Of a stretch of 64,000 nucleotides of DNA, positions 47,508-57,222 are shown in pieces. Made by a program: the position numbers and the translations under genes. Numbering within the stretch: the stretch's first letter is position 1; each line of letters opens with the position of its first letter. The notes beneath the pieces were generated by a model. The model was given only the letters and a program-made list of their open reading frames with translations. It was not told the DNA's origin and ran no database searches. The stretch is from a bacterium (GTDB taxonomy: Bacteria > Chloroflexota > Dormibacteria > Aeolococcales > Bog-877). The stretch is taken from assembly GCA_021791415.1 (NCBI GenBank), contig JAJYWQ010000058.1, positions 1,507 through 65,506 of the forward strand. The letters run 5' to 3'.

Positions 47508-49408
47508 TGGGGGAGGCCGCGGCTCGTCCCGAGCTGGTGCGGGTGACCGTTGACGACCGCGAGGTGGAGGTCGCCCCCGGCAGCCTGGTCTGGGATGCCT
47601 GCGAGAGGGCAGGGGTCTTCGTCCCGGTCTACTGCGCCCACAAGAAGCTGGAGCCGGTCGCCGTCTGCCGGATGTGCCTGGTCGAGGTGGAGGGCATGCC
47701 CAAGCTGCAGCCGGCCTGCGCCACCCGGGTGGCGGACGGGATGAAGGTGCGGACCCTCACCGAGCAGGTGCGCAAGTTCCGCGACTCCAACCTGGAGTTC
47801 CTGCTTCTCAACCACCCCCTCGACTGTCCGGTCTGCGACCGGGGAGGGGAGTGTGACCTGCAGGACTTCACCCAGCGCTTCGGCCCCGGCCGCACCCGGC
47901 AGAGCATCCAGCAGAAGGTGCACTTCGACAAGGCGATACCTCTCTCGGACAAGATCGTCCTCGACCAGGAGCGGTGCATCCTCTGCTGGCGCTGCGTGCG
48001 CTACTACGAGGAGATCACCGGGGAGAGGGAGATCGTCCTCCAGCAGCGGGGGGTGCACACCGTGGTGGACACCTTCGAGCGGCAGCCGCTGCGCAGCCAG
48101 TTCCAGGGCAATCTGCCGGAGATCTGCCCGGTGGGAGCGTTGACCCACGCCAAGTACCGGTTCCGGGCACGCCCCTGGGACCTCCGCCGCACGGCCAGCA
48201 TCTGCTCCCACTGCAGCTACGGATGCAACCTCTTCGTGGACGCTCGCGACGACCAGATCGCCCGCTACGCCAGCAGTGACAACGAGGACGTGGAGGACAG
48301 CTGGCTCTGTGACCGGGGACGCTACAGCTTCCCCGAGTACAACACCCGCGAGCGGGTGAGGGCTCCGGAGGCGGTTGTCACCGGTGGGCGCCAGGTGGTG
48401 TCCCATCGGGAGGCGGTGGCTCGGGCGGCAGGCCAGCTTCTGAGGATCATCTCCGACCGAGGGCCACAGGCGGTGGCGGTCGTGGGGTCCGATCTCATGA
48501 CCAACGAGGAGGCGTTCGTCCTGCAGTGGCTGGCGCGCGAGGTGATCGGCACCCCGCACCTGGACCATCGACTGCGGCCCACGCCTCACCTGAGTCCGGC
48601 CGACTTCGAGCTGAGCATCGCCGGCATCGAGGACTGTGACCTCATCCTGGTGCTGGGGGGTGAGCCCGAGCGGCTTGCCCCGGTCCTGACCCTTCGCCTC
48701 CACAAGGCGGCCACGAAGCGGGGCCGGCGGGTGGTGCGCCTTGAGCCGCCCTACGACTGGAGCGAGAAGGCGCAACCCCAGAGGGTCGGCGTCATCGCCA
48801 GCGAGCTCGACCGTGGGGCGGGAGCCGCCATCCGGGATCAGCTCCGGGGTGCTGGGCACCGCGCCGAGCTCCTCACCATCATGGAGCGGGTCAACAGCCG
48901 GGGATGCCAGGACATGGGCCTGCTGCCCGGATGGCTCCCCGGTTACATTCCAGCGCCCAGCCCGGGGATGGGCCTCCCGGAGATCCTGGCCTCCGCTGCC
49001 ACCGGGCGCCTCAAGGCCCTCCTGGTAGTGAACCCGTCGGCTGAGCTCGAGGCCTCTCCGGAGTTCGAGGCCGCCCTGCGCGGCGTCGAGGCGGCCGTGG
49101 TGCTCACAGCCCACCCGGGAGCCGCCAGCCGGGGGGCCAGCGTGCTGATCCCCGGGCGGACCATCGTCGAGAAGGCCGGCACCGTGACCAACACCGAGGG
49201 AAGGGTGCAGCGGGTGCGGGCGGCGGTCGAGCCTAGCCTCACCTTCCCTCCCGACCTGCGCACCCTGGGTGACCTGGCCGAGGCCCTGGGGGCCGACCTT
49301 GGAGTGTCCCCGATGGCCACCCCCGTCTTCGAGAAGTTGGCCGCGGCGGTCCCGGCCTATCGCGGGGCCCAGGCCGGGATGAGGGCCCGATGGGGGGATG
49401 GAGGGTGA
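47507..49408 (+). CDS. nuoG: NADH-quinone oxidoreductase subunit G
   Basis: CRMCLVE, HPLDCPVCDRGGECDLQ, CILCWRC, CPVGAL, CSHCSYGC, LCDRGR, EKAGTVTNTEGRVQ. Confidence 0.94.
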   Translation: MGEAAARPELVRVTVDDREVEVAPGSLVWDACERAGVFVPVYCAHKKLEPVAVCRMCLVEVEGMPKLQPACATRVADGMKVRTLTEQVRKFRDSNLEFLLLNHPLDCPVCDRGGECDLQDFTQRFGPGRTRQSIQQKVHFDKAIPLSDKIVLDQERCILCWRCVRYYEEITGEREIVLQQRGVHTVVDTFERQPLRSQFQGNLPEICPVGALTHAKYRFRARPWDLRRTASICSHCSYGCNLFVDARDDQIARYASSDNEDVEDSWLCDRGRYSFPEYNTRERVRAPEAVVTGGRQVVSHREAVARAAGQLLRIISDRGPQAVAVVGSDLMTNEEAFVLQWLAREVIGTPHLDHRLRPTPHLSPADFELSIAGIEDCDLILVLGGEPERLAPVLTLRLHKAATKRGRRVVRLEPPYDWSEKAQPQRVGVIASELDRGAGAAIRDQLRGAGHRAELLTIMERVNSRGCQDMGLLPGWLPGYIPAPSPGMGLPEILASAATGRLKALLVVNPSAELEASPEFEAALRGVEAAVVLTAHPGAASRGASVLIPGRTIVEKAGTVTNTEGRVQRVRAAVEPSLTFPPDLRTLGDLAEALGADLGVSPMATPVFEKLAAAVPAYRGAQAGMRARWGDGG

Positions 49409-50463
49409 GCACGGCGGCAACCTCGGTCCTGCTGGCGGTGGTGGTGGCGGTGGTCAAGGGGGTGCTGATCATCTTCGTCCTGATGACCGCCTTCGCCTAC
49501 CTGACCCTGGCCGAACGCAAGGTCTCTGCGCGGATCCAGCTCCGCTACGGCCCCAACCGGGTCGGTCCCTTCGGCTTCCTGCAACCGGCGGCCGACGGGG
49601 TGAAGCTCTTCACCAAGGAGAAGGTGGCGCCGGAGGGGAGGGACAACTTCCTCTACCTCCTGGCCCCGGCCCTGGCCGCCTGTGCCGCGCTGTTCGCCTT
49701 CTCGGTGATCCCCATCAACCAGACGATCTGTATCGCCGGGACTCATGGCGCCGGTCCGCTCTCCGCCTCGTGCCCCGGCGGTTACCCGCTGCACTGGGAC
49801 CTGGCCCACCTCAACATCGGCCTGCTCTTCATCCTCGCCATCACCTCGCTCGGGGTGTACTCAATCTTTCTGGGGGGCTGGGCGAGCAACTCCAAATACC
49901 CCCTCCTCGGGGCGCTGCGGAGCTCGGCGCAGCTGATCAGCTACGAGATGGCGGTCAGCTTCGCCCTCATCGGGCCTGTTCTGTTGGCCGGCTCCCTCAA
50001 TCTGGAGACCATAGTCAACCAGCAGCACTCCCTCTGGTTTGTGTTCCTCCAGCCCATGGGGTTCTTGCTCTACTTCACAGGTGCCCTGGCGGAGACCAAC
50101 CGGCTGCCCTTCGACCTTCCCGAGGCCGAGGCGGAGCTGGTGGCCGGGTACCACACCGAGTACTCCGGCATGCGGTTCGGCCTTTTCTTCATGGCCGAGT
50201 ACATCAACATGGTCACCGTCTGCTCCATCGCCACCGTGGTCTTCCTGGGGGGCTGGATGGCGCCGTTCTTCTTCCTGCCCAACTGGCTGGGTCCGATCTG
50301 GTTTGTGGCCAAGGTGGGCCTGCTGCTCTTCGTCATGATGTGGGTGCGCTGGACCTTCCCGCGGCTGCGCTACGACCGTCTCATGCAGTTCGGCTGGAAG
50401 GTGCTGCTGCCCCTCGGGCTGGCCAACCTGATGCTGACCAGCGTGTTCGTGGCACTGCGATGA
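49405..50463 (+). CDS. nuoH: NADH-quinone oxidoreductase subunit H
   Basis: ERKVSARIQLRYGPNRVG, GWASNSKY, AETNRLPFDLPEAE, PRLRYD. Confidence 0.96.
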   Translation: MSTAATSVLLAVVVAVVKGVLIIFVLMTAFAYLTLAERKVSARIQLRYGPNRVGPFGFLQPAADGVKLFTKEKVAPEGRDNFLYLLAPALAACAALFAFSVIPINQTICIAGTHGAGPLSASCPGGYPLHWDLAHLNIGLLFILAITSLGVYSIFLGGWASNSKYPLLGALRSSAQLISYEMAVSFALIGPVLLAGSLNLETIVNQQHSLWFVFLQPMGFLLYFTGALAETNRLPFDLPEAEAELVAGYHTEYSGMRFGLFFMAEYINMVTVCSIATVVFLGGWMAPFFFLPNWLGPIWFVAKVGLLLFVMMWVRWTFPRLRYDRLMQFGWKVLLPLGLANLMLTSVFVALR

Positions 50464-50496
50464 CGATGGGACCTCGGCGTCCGGAGGTGAGCCCCT

Positions 50497-51069
50497 ATGT
50501 TCCGTGAGCTGCTGGGCGGGTTGCGCACCACCATGCGGGAGATGGTCAGCCCCCCGATCACCATCCAGTACCCCGAGGAGCAGCGCCCCATCCCCCCGCG
50601 GCATCGCGGCCGGCACATCCTCCATCGATATGACAACGGGCTGGAAAAGTGCATCGGCTGCGAGCTCTGCGCCGGCGCCTGCCCGGTGGGCTGCATTTAC
50701 GTGCAGGCGGCCGAGAACGACCCCGAGCACCCGGTCTCTCCGGGGGAACGCTACGCGATCCGCTACGAGATCAATCTGATGCGCTGCATCTACTGCGGGT
50801 ACTGTGCCGAGGCCTGTCCCACCGAGGCCATCACCCTGGGCCCCCGGCTGGACCTCGTGGACTACAAGCGGGAGCGTTTGGTGGCCACCAAGGACGACCT
50901 CCTGGAGGCCTGGCCCGGCTTCCAGCCCCTTCCGGTGGCCGTAGCCCCTGGTCTCGGACAGGCCGCCTCCCAGCCCAGCCCGAGAGGGGCCGGGTCAAGC
51001 CACGCGGGCCCCGCGGGTTCGGCGCCCGGTCTCAGGCCCCCGATCCCTGGCGGGAGGGGGGGCACGTAG
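50497..51069 (+). CDS. nuoI: NADH-quinone oxidoreductase subunit I
   Basis: TIQYPEE, CIGCELCAGACP, CIYCGYCAEACP. Confidence 0.96.
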   Translation: MFRELLGGLRTTMREMVSPPITIQYPEEQRPIPPRHRGRHILHRYDNGLEKCIGCELCAGACPVGCIYVQAAENDPEHPVSPGERYAIRYEINLMRCIYCGYCAEACPTEAITLGPRLDLVDYKRERLVATKDDLLEAWPGFQPLPVAVAPGLGQAASQPSPRGAGSSHAGPAGSAPGLRPPIPGGRGGT

Positions 51070-51602
51070 TGAGCGTCGTCTTCGGCCTGGCGGCTGTGAT
51101 CGCCTTCCTGGGAGCGCTGGGGGTGGTCCTGAGCGAGCGCACCATCTACTCGGCGATGAGCCTGGTGCTCAACATGGTGGCTCTGGCAGTGCTCTTCCTG
51201 CTCCTTGACGCCCAGTTCATCGCGGCCGTCCAGATCATCGTCTACGCCGGCGCCGTGATGGTGCTCTTCGTCTTCATCATCGCCCTGCTCTCCCCGGGGG
51301 CGGAGGAGCGGCTGCGGTCGGTGGAGTTGCGCCTCCTGCTGGGAGGAGTCGGCGCCGTGGCCTTCACCCTGCTCATCGGGCGCCTCACCCTCAACGGGAT
51401 CACGGTCGGGGCGCATGGGCGTCTTCACGGGGCCCTGGGGCCGTTCTCCCCGGTGGCGGTCAACGCCCACGGCCAGGTCCAAACCCTGGGGGACCAGCTG
51501 TTCACCACCTACCTGCTTCCCTTCGAGGTGACGTCCCTGCTCCTGCTGGTGGCGGCTGTGGGCGCCGTGTACCTCTCCCGGCGGCGGAGGCAGCTGGTGT
51601 GA
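51069..51602 (+). CDS. nuoJ: NADH-quinone oxidoreductase subunit J
   Basis: AQFIAAVQIIVYAGAVMVLFVF, YLLPFEVTS. Confidence 0.94.
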   Translation: MSVVFGLAAVIAFLGALGVVLSERTIYSAMSLVLNMVALAVLFLLLDAQFIAAVQIIVYAGAVMVLFVFIIALLSPGAEERLRSVELRLLLGGVGAVAFTLLIGRLTLNGITVGAHGRLHGALGPFSPVAVNAHGQVQTLGDQLFTTYLLPFEVTSLLLLVAAVGAVYLSRRRRQLV

Positions 51603-51904
51603 GCGGGCTCTTTCCGGGCTTCCTCATCCTCTCGGCCGCCATGTTCGCCATCGGGGCGGCGGGGGTCCTGGTGCGGCGCAACCCGCTGGTGGTGTTCATG
51701 TGCATCGAGCTGATGCTGAACTCGGCGAATCTGGCCCTGGTCACCTACGCCCGCTACACCCACACCATGGCCGGCCAGGTCTTCGCGCTCATCGTGATCG
51801 CGGTGGCAGCCAGTGAGGTGGTGGTCGGGCTGGCGCTGATCACCGGCGTCTATCGCAGTGGGCGGCGCCTGGACCTGGACGAGCTCAGCGAGATGTCCGA
51901 GTGA
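51599..51904 (+). CDS. nuoK: NADH-quinone oxidoreductase subunit K
   Basis: RRNPLVVFMCIELMLNSANL, AASEVVVGLA. Confidence 0.95.
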   Translation: MSGLFPGFLILSAAMFAIGAAGVLVRRNPLVVFMCIELMLNSANLALVTYARYTHTMAGQVFALIVIAVAASEVVVGLALITGVYRSGRRLDLDELSEMSE

Positions 51905-53904
51905 ACCCGCAGCTAACGCTGGTTCTCAGCGCCACCGTCCTGGGGCTGCCCACCGCATCCTTCGCCGTGAACGCCATCACCGCCGGCCGGCTGCCGCGGC
52001 GGGTGGTCACCTACCTGGGGCCGGGATCGGTGCTGGGGGCCTTCGTGGCGACCCTAGTCCTCTTGGCCACCATGCTGGCACAGAGCCCTTCCCACCGCGG
52101 CGTGACTGTCACCTTCTGGAGCTGGCTGAACGCTTCCACAGGCGGTGGGTCAGGGGTGTCCGCCCACTCCGGTCTCAGCGCCGCCTTCAGTGTTCGCATC
52201 GATCCCCTGGCCATCCTGATGATGCTGGTGATCACCGGCATCGGCGGGCTGATCCACGTCTACAGCGTCGGCTACATGGCCGATGACGCGAGCTTCAATC
52301 GCTTCTTCGCCCTCATGAACCTCTTCATCACCAGCATGCTGGTGCTGGTGATGAGCAACAGCCTGGTGTTCCTCATCATCGGCTGGGCCATGGTGGCCTT
52401 CGCCTCGTATGCCCTCATCGCATTCTGGTACCAGCGGCCCTCAGCGGTGGCGGCGGGACGCAAGGCCTTCATCACCCAGGTGATCGGGGATGTCGGCCTG
52501 GTTCTGGCCGCCTTCCTCATCTTCCTCAACCTGAGAGGCCCATCGGGCCGACTCCTCCACACCGTGGACCTGCAGACCATCTTCGCCAACGTCGGGCCCG
52601 GTGCCCACTTCCACGGTGGGCTGGGCCCGGTCGGTGGGGGCATGGTGACCACCATCGGGATCCTGCTCTTCCTGGGTGCCGCCGCCAAGTCGGCGCAGTG
52701 GCCGCTTCACACCTGGCTGCCCGATGCCATGGAGGGCCCGACCCCGGTGTCGGCGCTCATCCACGCCGCCACCATGGTCACCGCGGGCGTCTATCTGGTG
52801 GCCCGGTTCCACCCCGTCTTCCAGCAGGCTCCGGTGGCCGCGGGGCTGGTGGCGGTGGTGGGGATCGGCACCGCCCTCATGGCCGCCATCATCGGCTGCA
52901 CCCAGTTCGACATCAAGCGGGTGATCGCCTACTCGACCATGAGCCAGATCGGACTCATGATCTTCGCCGTGGGCGTGGGGGCCTACTCGGCGGGGATGTT
53001 CCAGTTCTTCACCCACGCCTGCTTCAAGGCGCTGCTCTTCCTGGCCGCCGGCAACGTAATCCACGCTCTCCATGACGACCAGGACATCAGGGTGATGGGG
53101 GGGCTGCGTCGGCGGATGCGCTGGACCTTCTTGGCCTTCACGACCGGGTCGCTGGCGCTGGCGGGCATCCCCATCTTCGCTGGCTTCTTCAGCAAGGAGG
53201 AACTCTTGGGACAGGGGCTGGCCCTGGGTCCGGCGGTGCCCTGGTTGTGGGTCATCGGGGTGTCGGTCAACGTGCTGACCAGCTTCTACATCTTCCGGGT
53301 GGTCTGGGTGGCTTTCACCGGAGACCCGCGCTCCACGAACGCGGAGCACGCCCACGAGGCGCCGGCGGTGATGCTCTTTCCGGTGCTGATTCTCGCCGGC
53401 CTCTCCACGGTGGTGGGGTTCCTCAACATCGACTTCGCCGGCTTCGCACCGGTCACGGTGTTCCAAGCCTTCCTGCAACCGGTGGTCGGGGTCCCAGCGG
53501 CCCAGGCCAGCCACCTGGTGGACGGCCTGGCTCTGCTCGCCGGTGTGCTGCTGAGCCTTGCGGGGCTCGGGGTGGCCTGGGCGGTGTACGGGAGGCAGGT
53601 GATGTCGCGCGAGTGGATCCCCCAGCGCCTGCCCTGGCTGTATCAGCTCTCCTTCCGCAAGTTCTACTGGGATGAGGTGTACGGCGTGGCCCTGGTGACT
53701 CCGGTGCTGGCCTTGGCCACGGGGGTGCGGCGGGTCTTGGAGCCCGGGGTGTTTGACTCGGCGGTGGGCGGGGTCCGGGACGCGGTGTCCCAGCTCAGCG
53801 CTGACCTGCGCACCTTCCAGACCGGGTTCCTCAAGGACTACGCGCTCTGGTTCTTCTTCTTCGCCGTCCTGGGGGTGGTGCTCATGGGGCTCAGGCTCAC
53901 GTGA
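51901..53904 (+). CDS. nuoL: NADH-quinone oxidoreductase subunit L
   Basis: IHVYSVGYM, AKSAQWPLHTWLPDAMEGPTPVSALIHAATMV, DIKRVIAYSTMSQ, THACFKALLFL. Confidence 0.96.
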   Translation: MNPQLTLVLSATVLGLPTASFAVNAITAGRLPRRVVTYLGPGSVLGAFVATLVLLATMLAQSPSHRGVTVTFWSWLNASTGGGSGVSAHSGLSAAFSVRIDPLAILMMLVITGIGGLIHVYSVGYMADDASFNRFFALMNLFITSMLVLVMSNSLVFLIIGWAMVAFASYALIAFWYQRPSAVAAGRKAFITQVIGDVGLVLAAFLIFLNLRGPSGRLLHTVDLQTIFANVGPGAHFHGGLGPVGGGMVTTIGILLFLGAAAKSAQWPLHTWLPDAMEGPTPVSALIHAATMVTAGVYLVARFHPVFQQAPVAAGLVAVVGIGTALMAAIIGCTQFDIKRVIAYSTMSQIGLMIFAVGVGAYSAGMFQFFTHACFKALLFLAAGNVIHALHDDQDIRVMGGLRRRMRWTFLAFTTGSLALAGIPIFAGFFSKEELLGQGLALGPAVPWLWVIGVSVNVLTSFYIFRVVWVAFTGDPRSTNAEHAHEAPAVMLFPVLILAGLSTVVGFLNIDFAGFAPVTVFQAFLQPVVGVPAAQASHLVDGLALLAGVLLSLAGLGVAWAVYGRQVMSREWIPQRLPWLYQLSFRKFYWDEVYGVALVTPVLALATGVRRVLEPGVFDSAVGGVRDAVSQLSADLRTFQTGFLKDYALWFFFFAVLGVVLMGLRLT

Positions 53905-55670
53905 GCTGGCCGATTCTCTCGGTGACTCTCTTCCTGCCCCTGGCGGGGGCGGTGGCCATCTTGGCCATCCCGGCCTCACGGGTCCGGACGATCCGCCTCG
54001 CCCTGATGGCGGTGACCGCTCTCACCCTGGGCCTCACCTGCGTTGTCCTGGTGGCCTACCTAGCCGTCCCGCCGGCGGCCGCCTCCAAGCTGAGCGGCAC
54101 CGCCAACGGCCAATCGCTCTCGTCGATCCACTCGCCCATAACCTTCCAGTTCCAGGAGCAGGTCAACTGGTTGCAATCGGGCACGTCGCTCTCCCACCTC
54201 CACCTGGCCTTCAACGAGGGAAACTCGGCCTTCAACCAGGCGGCGCCGCCGCCCATCAACTTCTCCTATCACCTCGGGGTAGACGGGCTCTCGGTCTGGC
54301 TGATGGCCCTGGCGGCGCTCCTCTTCCTGGTCGCGGCGGTGGTCCTCTCCCAGCGGGAGACGCGGCTGCGCACCTTCGCGGTCCTGATGCTGCTTTCCGA
54401 GGTGGGGGTGCTGGGCGTGCTCACCTCGCTGGACCTCATCCTCTTCTACTTCTTCTGGGAGGCCGCCCTGATCCCCCTCTACTTCCTCATGATCGGCTGG
54501 GGGGACCCCAACCGGGGCCGGGCAGCGCTGAAGTTCATCATCTACACCGTCGCCGGCAGCCTCTTCATGCTGCTGGCCATCTTCGGTGTCTACTTCATCA
54601 CCGGCGCTCAGACCGGCGTCTACACCTTCGACCTGCCCACGCTGATCGCCGCCCAGTCGTTCGTCCACACCACTCAGGCCACCACCTTCAGCCTCTTCGG
54701 GCACAGCTTTGCCTGGCTCAACCCCCAGGAGTGGCTCTTTTTGGCCTTCGCCCTGGCGTTCGCCATCAAGGTGCCGCTGGTGCCATTCCACAGCTGGCTG
54801 CCCGACGCCTACAGCTCGGGTACCACTCCCTTCCTGGTCTTCTTCGCGGGGATCGTCAGCAAGCTGGGAGCGTTCGGGCTCATCCGGTACAACCTGACTC
54901 TCTTCCCCCAGGCCAGCCATACCTTCCAGCCCCTGATGCTGGGCCTGGCCATCGCCAGCATCCTGTACGGGGCGCTGGCGGCTCTGGCTCAGACCGACCT
55001 CAAGCGGATCGTGGGCTTCGCCTCCATCAGCCACCTGGGCTTCGTGGTGCTGGGGATATTCGCCCTCAATGTGGACGGGCTCAACGGGGCGATCATCCAG
55101 ATGGTCAACCACGGCATCGTGATCGCCGCCCTGTTCATCTGCGTGGGGGTCGTAGAGTCCAGGTTCGCCAGCCGCACCCTCTCCCAGCTGGGCGGGCTGG
55201 CACGCCCCATGCCGGTGCTGGCGGGCCTCTTCCTCGTGGTCACCCTGGCCGGCCTGGGCATGCCGTTGCTCAACAGCTTCGTCGGGGAGTTCCTCATCCT
55301 GCTTGGTGCCTTCCAGGCCAGCCCGGTCTGGGCGGTGCTGGCCAGCCTGGGCGTGATCGTGGCCTGCTGGTACATGCTCAGGATGTACCAGGGCCTGACC
55401 CAGGGTGAGCTTCGTTTGCCGGGGACAGGGGCGGTTTCCGAGCAGCTCCAGGCCGTGTCCCGCAGGCTGGGACGGTTGGACGTGGGCCCCGTCGAGGTGG
55501 TGGCGCTGGTCCCGCTGGTGGCTCTCATGCTGGTGATCGGGGTCTACCCGGCCCCGGTCATTCGCTACGGGCGGTTCAGTGCCGCCCAGTACGTGCAGGC
55601 GGCCAACCGCCAGACCGCCACCGAGCCCGCGCTGGCGAGCTCGCGCTCCGCCGCCAGGAGCCAGCCATGA
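53901..55670 (+). CDS. nuoM: NADH-quinone oxidoreductase subunit M
   Basis: LGVDGLS, FYFFWEA, AIKVPLVPFHSWLPDAY, QMVNHG, FVGEFLIL. Confidence 0.95.
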   Translation: MSWPILSVTLFLPLAGAVAILAIPASRVRTIRLALMAVTALTLGLTCVVLVAYLAVPPAAASKLSGTANGQSLSSIHSPITFQFQEQVNWLQSGTSLSHLHLAFNEGNSAFNQAAPPPINFSYHLGVDGLSVWLMALAALLFLVAAVVLSQRETRLRTFAVLMLLSEVGVLGVLTSLDLILFYFFWEAALIPLYFLMIGWGDPNRGRAALKFIIYTVAGSLFMLLAIFGVYFITGAQTGVYTFDLPTLIAAQSFVHTTQATTFSLFGHSFAWLNPQEWLFLAFALAFAIKVPLVPFHSWLPDAYSSGTTPFLVFFAGIVSKLGAFGLIRYNLTLFPQASHTFQPLMLGLAIASILYGALAALAQTDLKRIVGFASISHLGFVVLGIFALNVDGLNGAIIQMVNHGIVIAALFICVGVVESRFASRTLSQLGGLARPMPVLAGLFLVVTLAGLGMPLLNSFVGEFLILLGAFQASPVWAVLASLGVIVACWYMLRMYQGLTQGELRLPGTGAVSEQLQAVSRRLGRLDVGPVEVVALVPLVALMLVIGVYPAPVIRYGRFSAAQYVQAANRQTATEPALASSRSAARSQP

Positions 55671-57211
55671 TCGCCGTCGCTGCGCCGGGCTACCCACTCC
55701 ACTTCGTCCCCGCTGGCGACCTCCTGGGGATCCTCCCCATCCTGATCGTCGGGGGAGGGGCGGTGGTGGTCCTGGTTTGGGACCTGATCCGTCCTCGTGG
55801 TCAGGAGGTGTGGCTGGCAGGACTGACGGGTCTCTTCCTGTTGGCAGCTCTGGGGACCGCCATCGGGCAGTGGGTCGCCAACTCCGGCCCGATCGTGGTC
55901 TTCAACGGGGCTTACGCCAATGACCGCTTCGCGCTCTTCGCCGACTTCGTGGTGCTGATCACCGCCCTGGCGGTGGTTGTTCTCAGCCCCGGTTATCTGC
56001 GGCGCCGGGGGCTGGCGGAGGGCGAGTACTACATCCTGCTCCTGGCCTCGGTGGCCGGGATGCTGGTATTGGACGGGGCCCTCAACCTGATCGTCGTCTT
56101 CCTGGGCATCGAGCTGCTCTCCATCCCGCTCTACGTCCTTGCCGGCTTCGCCCGCGACGACCAGCGCAGCCAGGAGGGGGCTATGAAGTACCTTTTGCTG
56201 GGCGGCTTCGCCTCCGGCTTCCTCCTGTATGGCATGGCCCTCCTGTACGGGGAGACCGGTCACACCTCCCTCACCGCCATCCACGCCTTCCTCCTTCGCG
56301 ACGCGACCGCAGGGCACGTCGACCCCATGGTCCTGGCGGCGGTGGGCCTGCTGGCGGTGGGCCTGGCCTTCAAGGTGTCCGCGGCACCCTTCCACTGGTG
56401 GACTCCCGACGTCTACCAGGGCTCTCCGGCGGTGGTGACGACCTTCATGTCGGTCGCCACCAAGGTGGCGGCCTTCGCGGTCTTCCTGCGCCTCTTCTCG
56501 GCCACCCTCGCCCCCTACCGGGCCGAGTGGACGGTGCCCATCGCGGTGGTGGCGATCATCTCCATGATCTACGGCAACGTGGTGGCGGTGGCCCAGACCT
56601 CTCTCAAGCGCCTCCTGGCCTACTCTGGGATCGCCCAGGCCGGCTACATCATGATCGGGGTGGCTCTGGGCCGTCCGGACGGCACCCAGGCGTCGCTCTA
56701 CTACCTGGCCGCCTACGCCTTCATGAACACCGGCGCCTTCGCCGTGGTCACCATCCTCAGTCGCCGGGGCGAGGACTGCGATCGCTACTCCGAGCTGGCC
56801 GGGCTGGGCCGGCGGGAGCCGCTGCTGGCGGGTCTCATGTCCCTGTTCATGCTGTCGCTGGCGGGATTCCCTCTCACTGTCGGTTTCTTCGGGAAGTTCT
56901 TCCTGTTCTCGGCGGCCATCCACGACGGGCAGTTGGCGCTCGCCATCTGGGGCATCCTGACCTCGGCCGTCTCCCTCTTCTACTACCTAAGGGTGATCCT
57001 CAAGATGTACGCACCGGCTGCGGACGTCGGACCGGTTGAGGAATTCGAGGTGGCTTCGGTCTCGCCCGAAGGCACAGCCGTGGCGGCGCCCACCGCAGTG
57101 GGCCCGGCGGTCTTGGTGGTGGCCCTGGCCGGGGCCGGCACCATCGTGCTGGGGATCTTCCCGGCCCTCATCTACACCCTCCTCCAAGGCATCTCGGTCG
57201 TCCACGGCTGA
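55667..57211 (+). CDS. nuoN: NADH-quinone oxidoreductase subunit N
   Basis: EGAMKYLLLG, FKVSAAPFHWWTPDVYQG, KRLLAYSGIAQAGY, GFFGKF. Confidence 0.95.
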   Translation: MIAVAAPGYPLHFVPAGDLLGILPILIVGGGAVVVLVWDLIRPRGQEVWLAGLTGLFLLAALGTAIGQWVANSGPIVVFNGAYANDRFALFADFVVLITALAVVVLSPGYLRRRGLAEGEYYILLLASVAGMLVLDGALNLIVVFLGIELLSIPLYVLAGFARDDQRSQEGAMKYLLLGGFASGFLLYGMALLYGETGHTSLTAIHAFLLRDATAGHVDPMVLAAVGLLAVGLAFKVSAAPFHWWTPDVYQGSPAVVTTFMSVATKVAAFAVFLRLFSATLAPYRAEWTVPIAVVAIISMIYGNVVAVAQTSLKRLLAYSGIAQAGYIMIGVALGRPDGTQASLYYLAAYAFMNTGAFAVVTILSRRGEDCDRYSELAGLGRREPLLAGLMSLFMLSLAGFPLTVGFFGKFFLFSAAIHDGQLALAIWGILTSAVSLFYYLRVILKMYAPAADVGPVEEFEVASVSPEGTAVAAPTAVGPAVLVVALAGAGTIVLGIFPALIYTLLQGISVVHG

Positions 57212-57222
57212 GCGGAGGGGAT

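Noticed and set aside
47507-49408. Short NuoG (633 aa)
   Set aside because: All Fe-S motifs are present; C-terminal shortening of the inactive molybdopterin-like domain is common.
47276-49420. Long antisense or alternate-frame ORFs (e.g. 47276-49420, 27204-29195, 15212-17020, 33236-35026, 54060-55697)
   Set aside because: Shadow ORFs of well-supported genes in high-GC DNA; Pro/Arg/Gly-rich or mirror-codon translations with no motifs.
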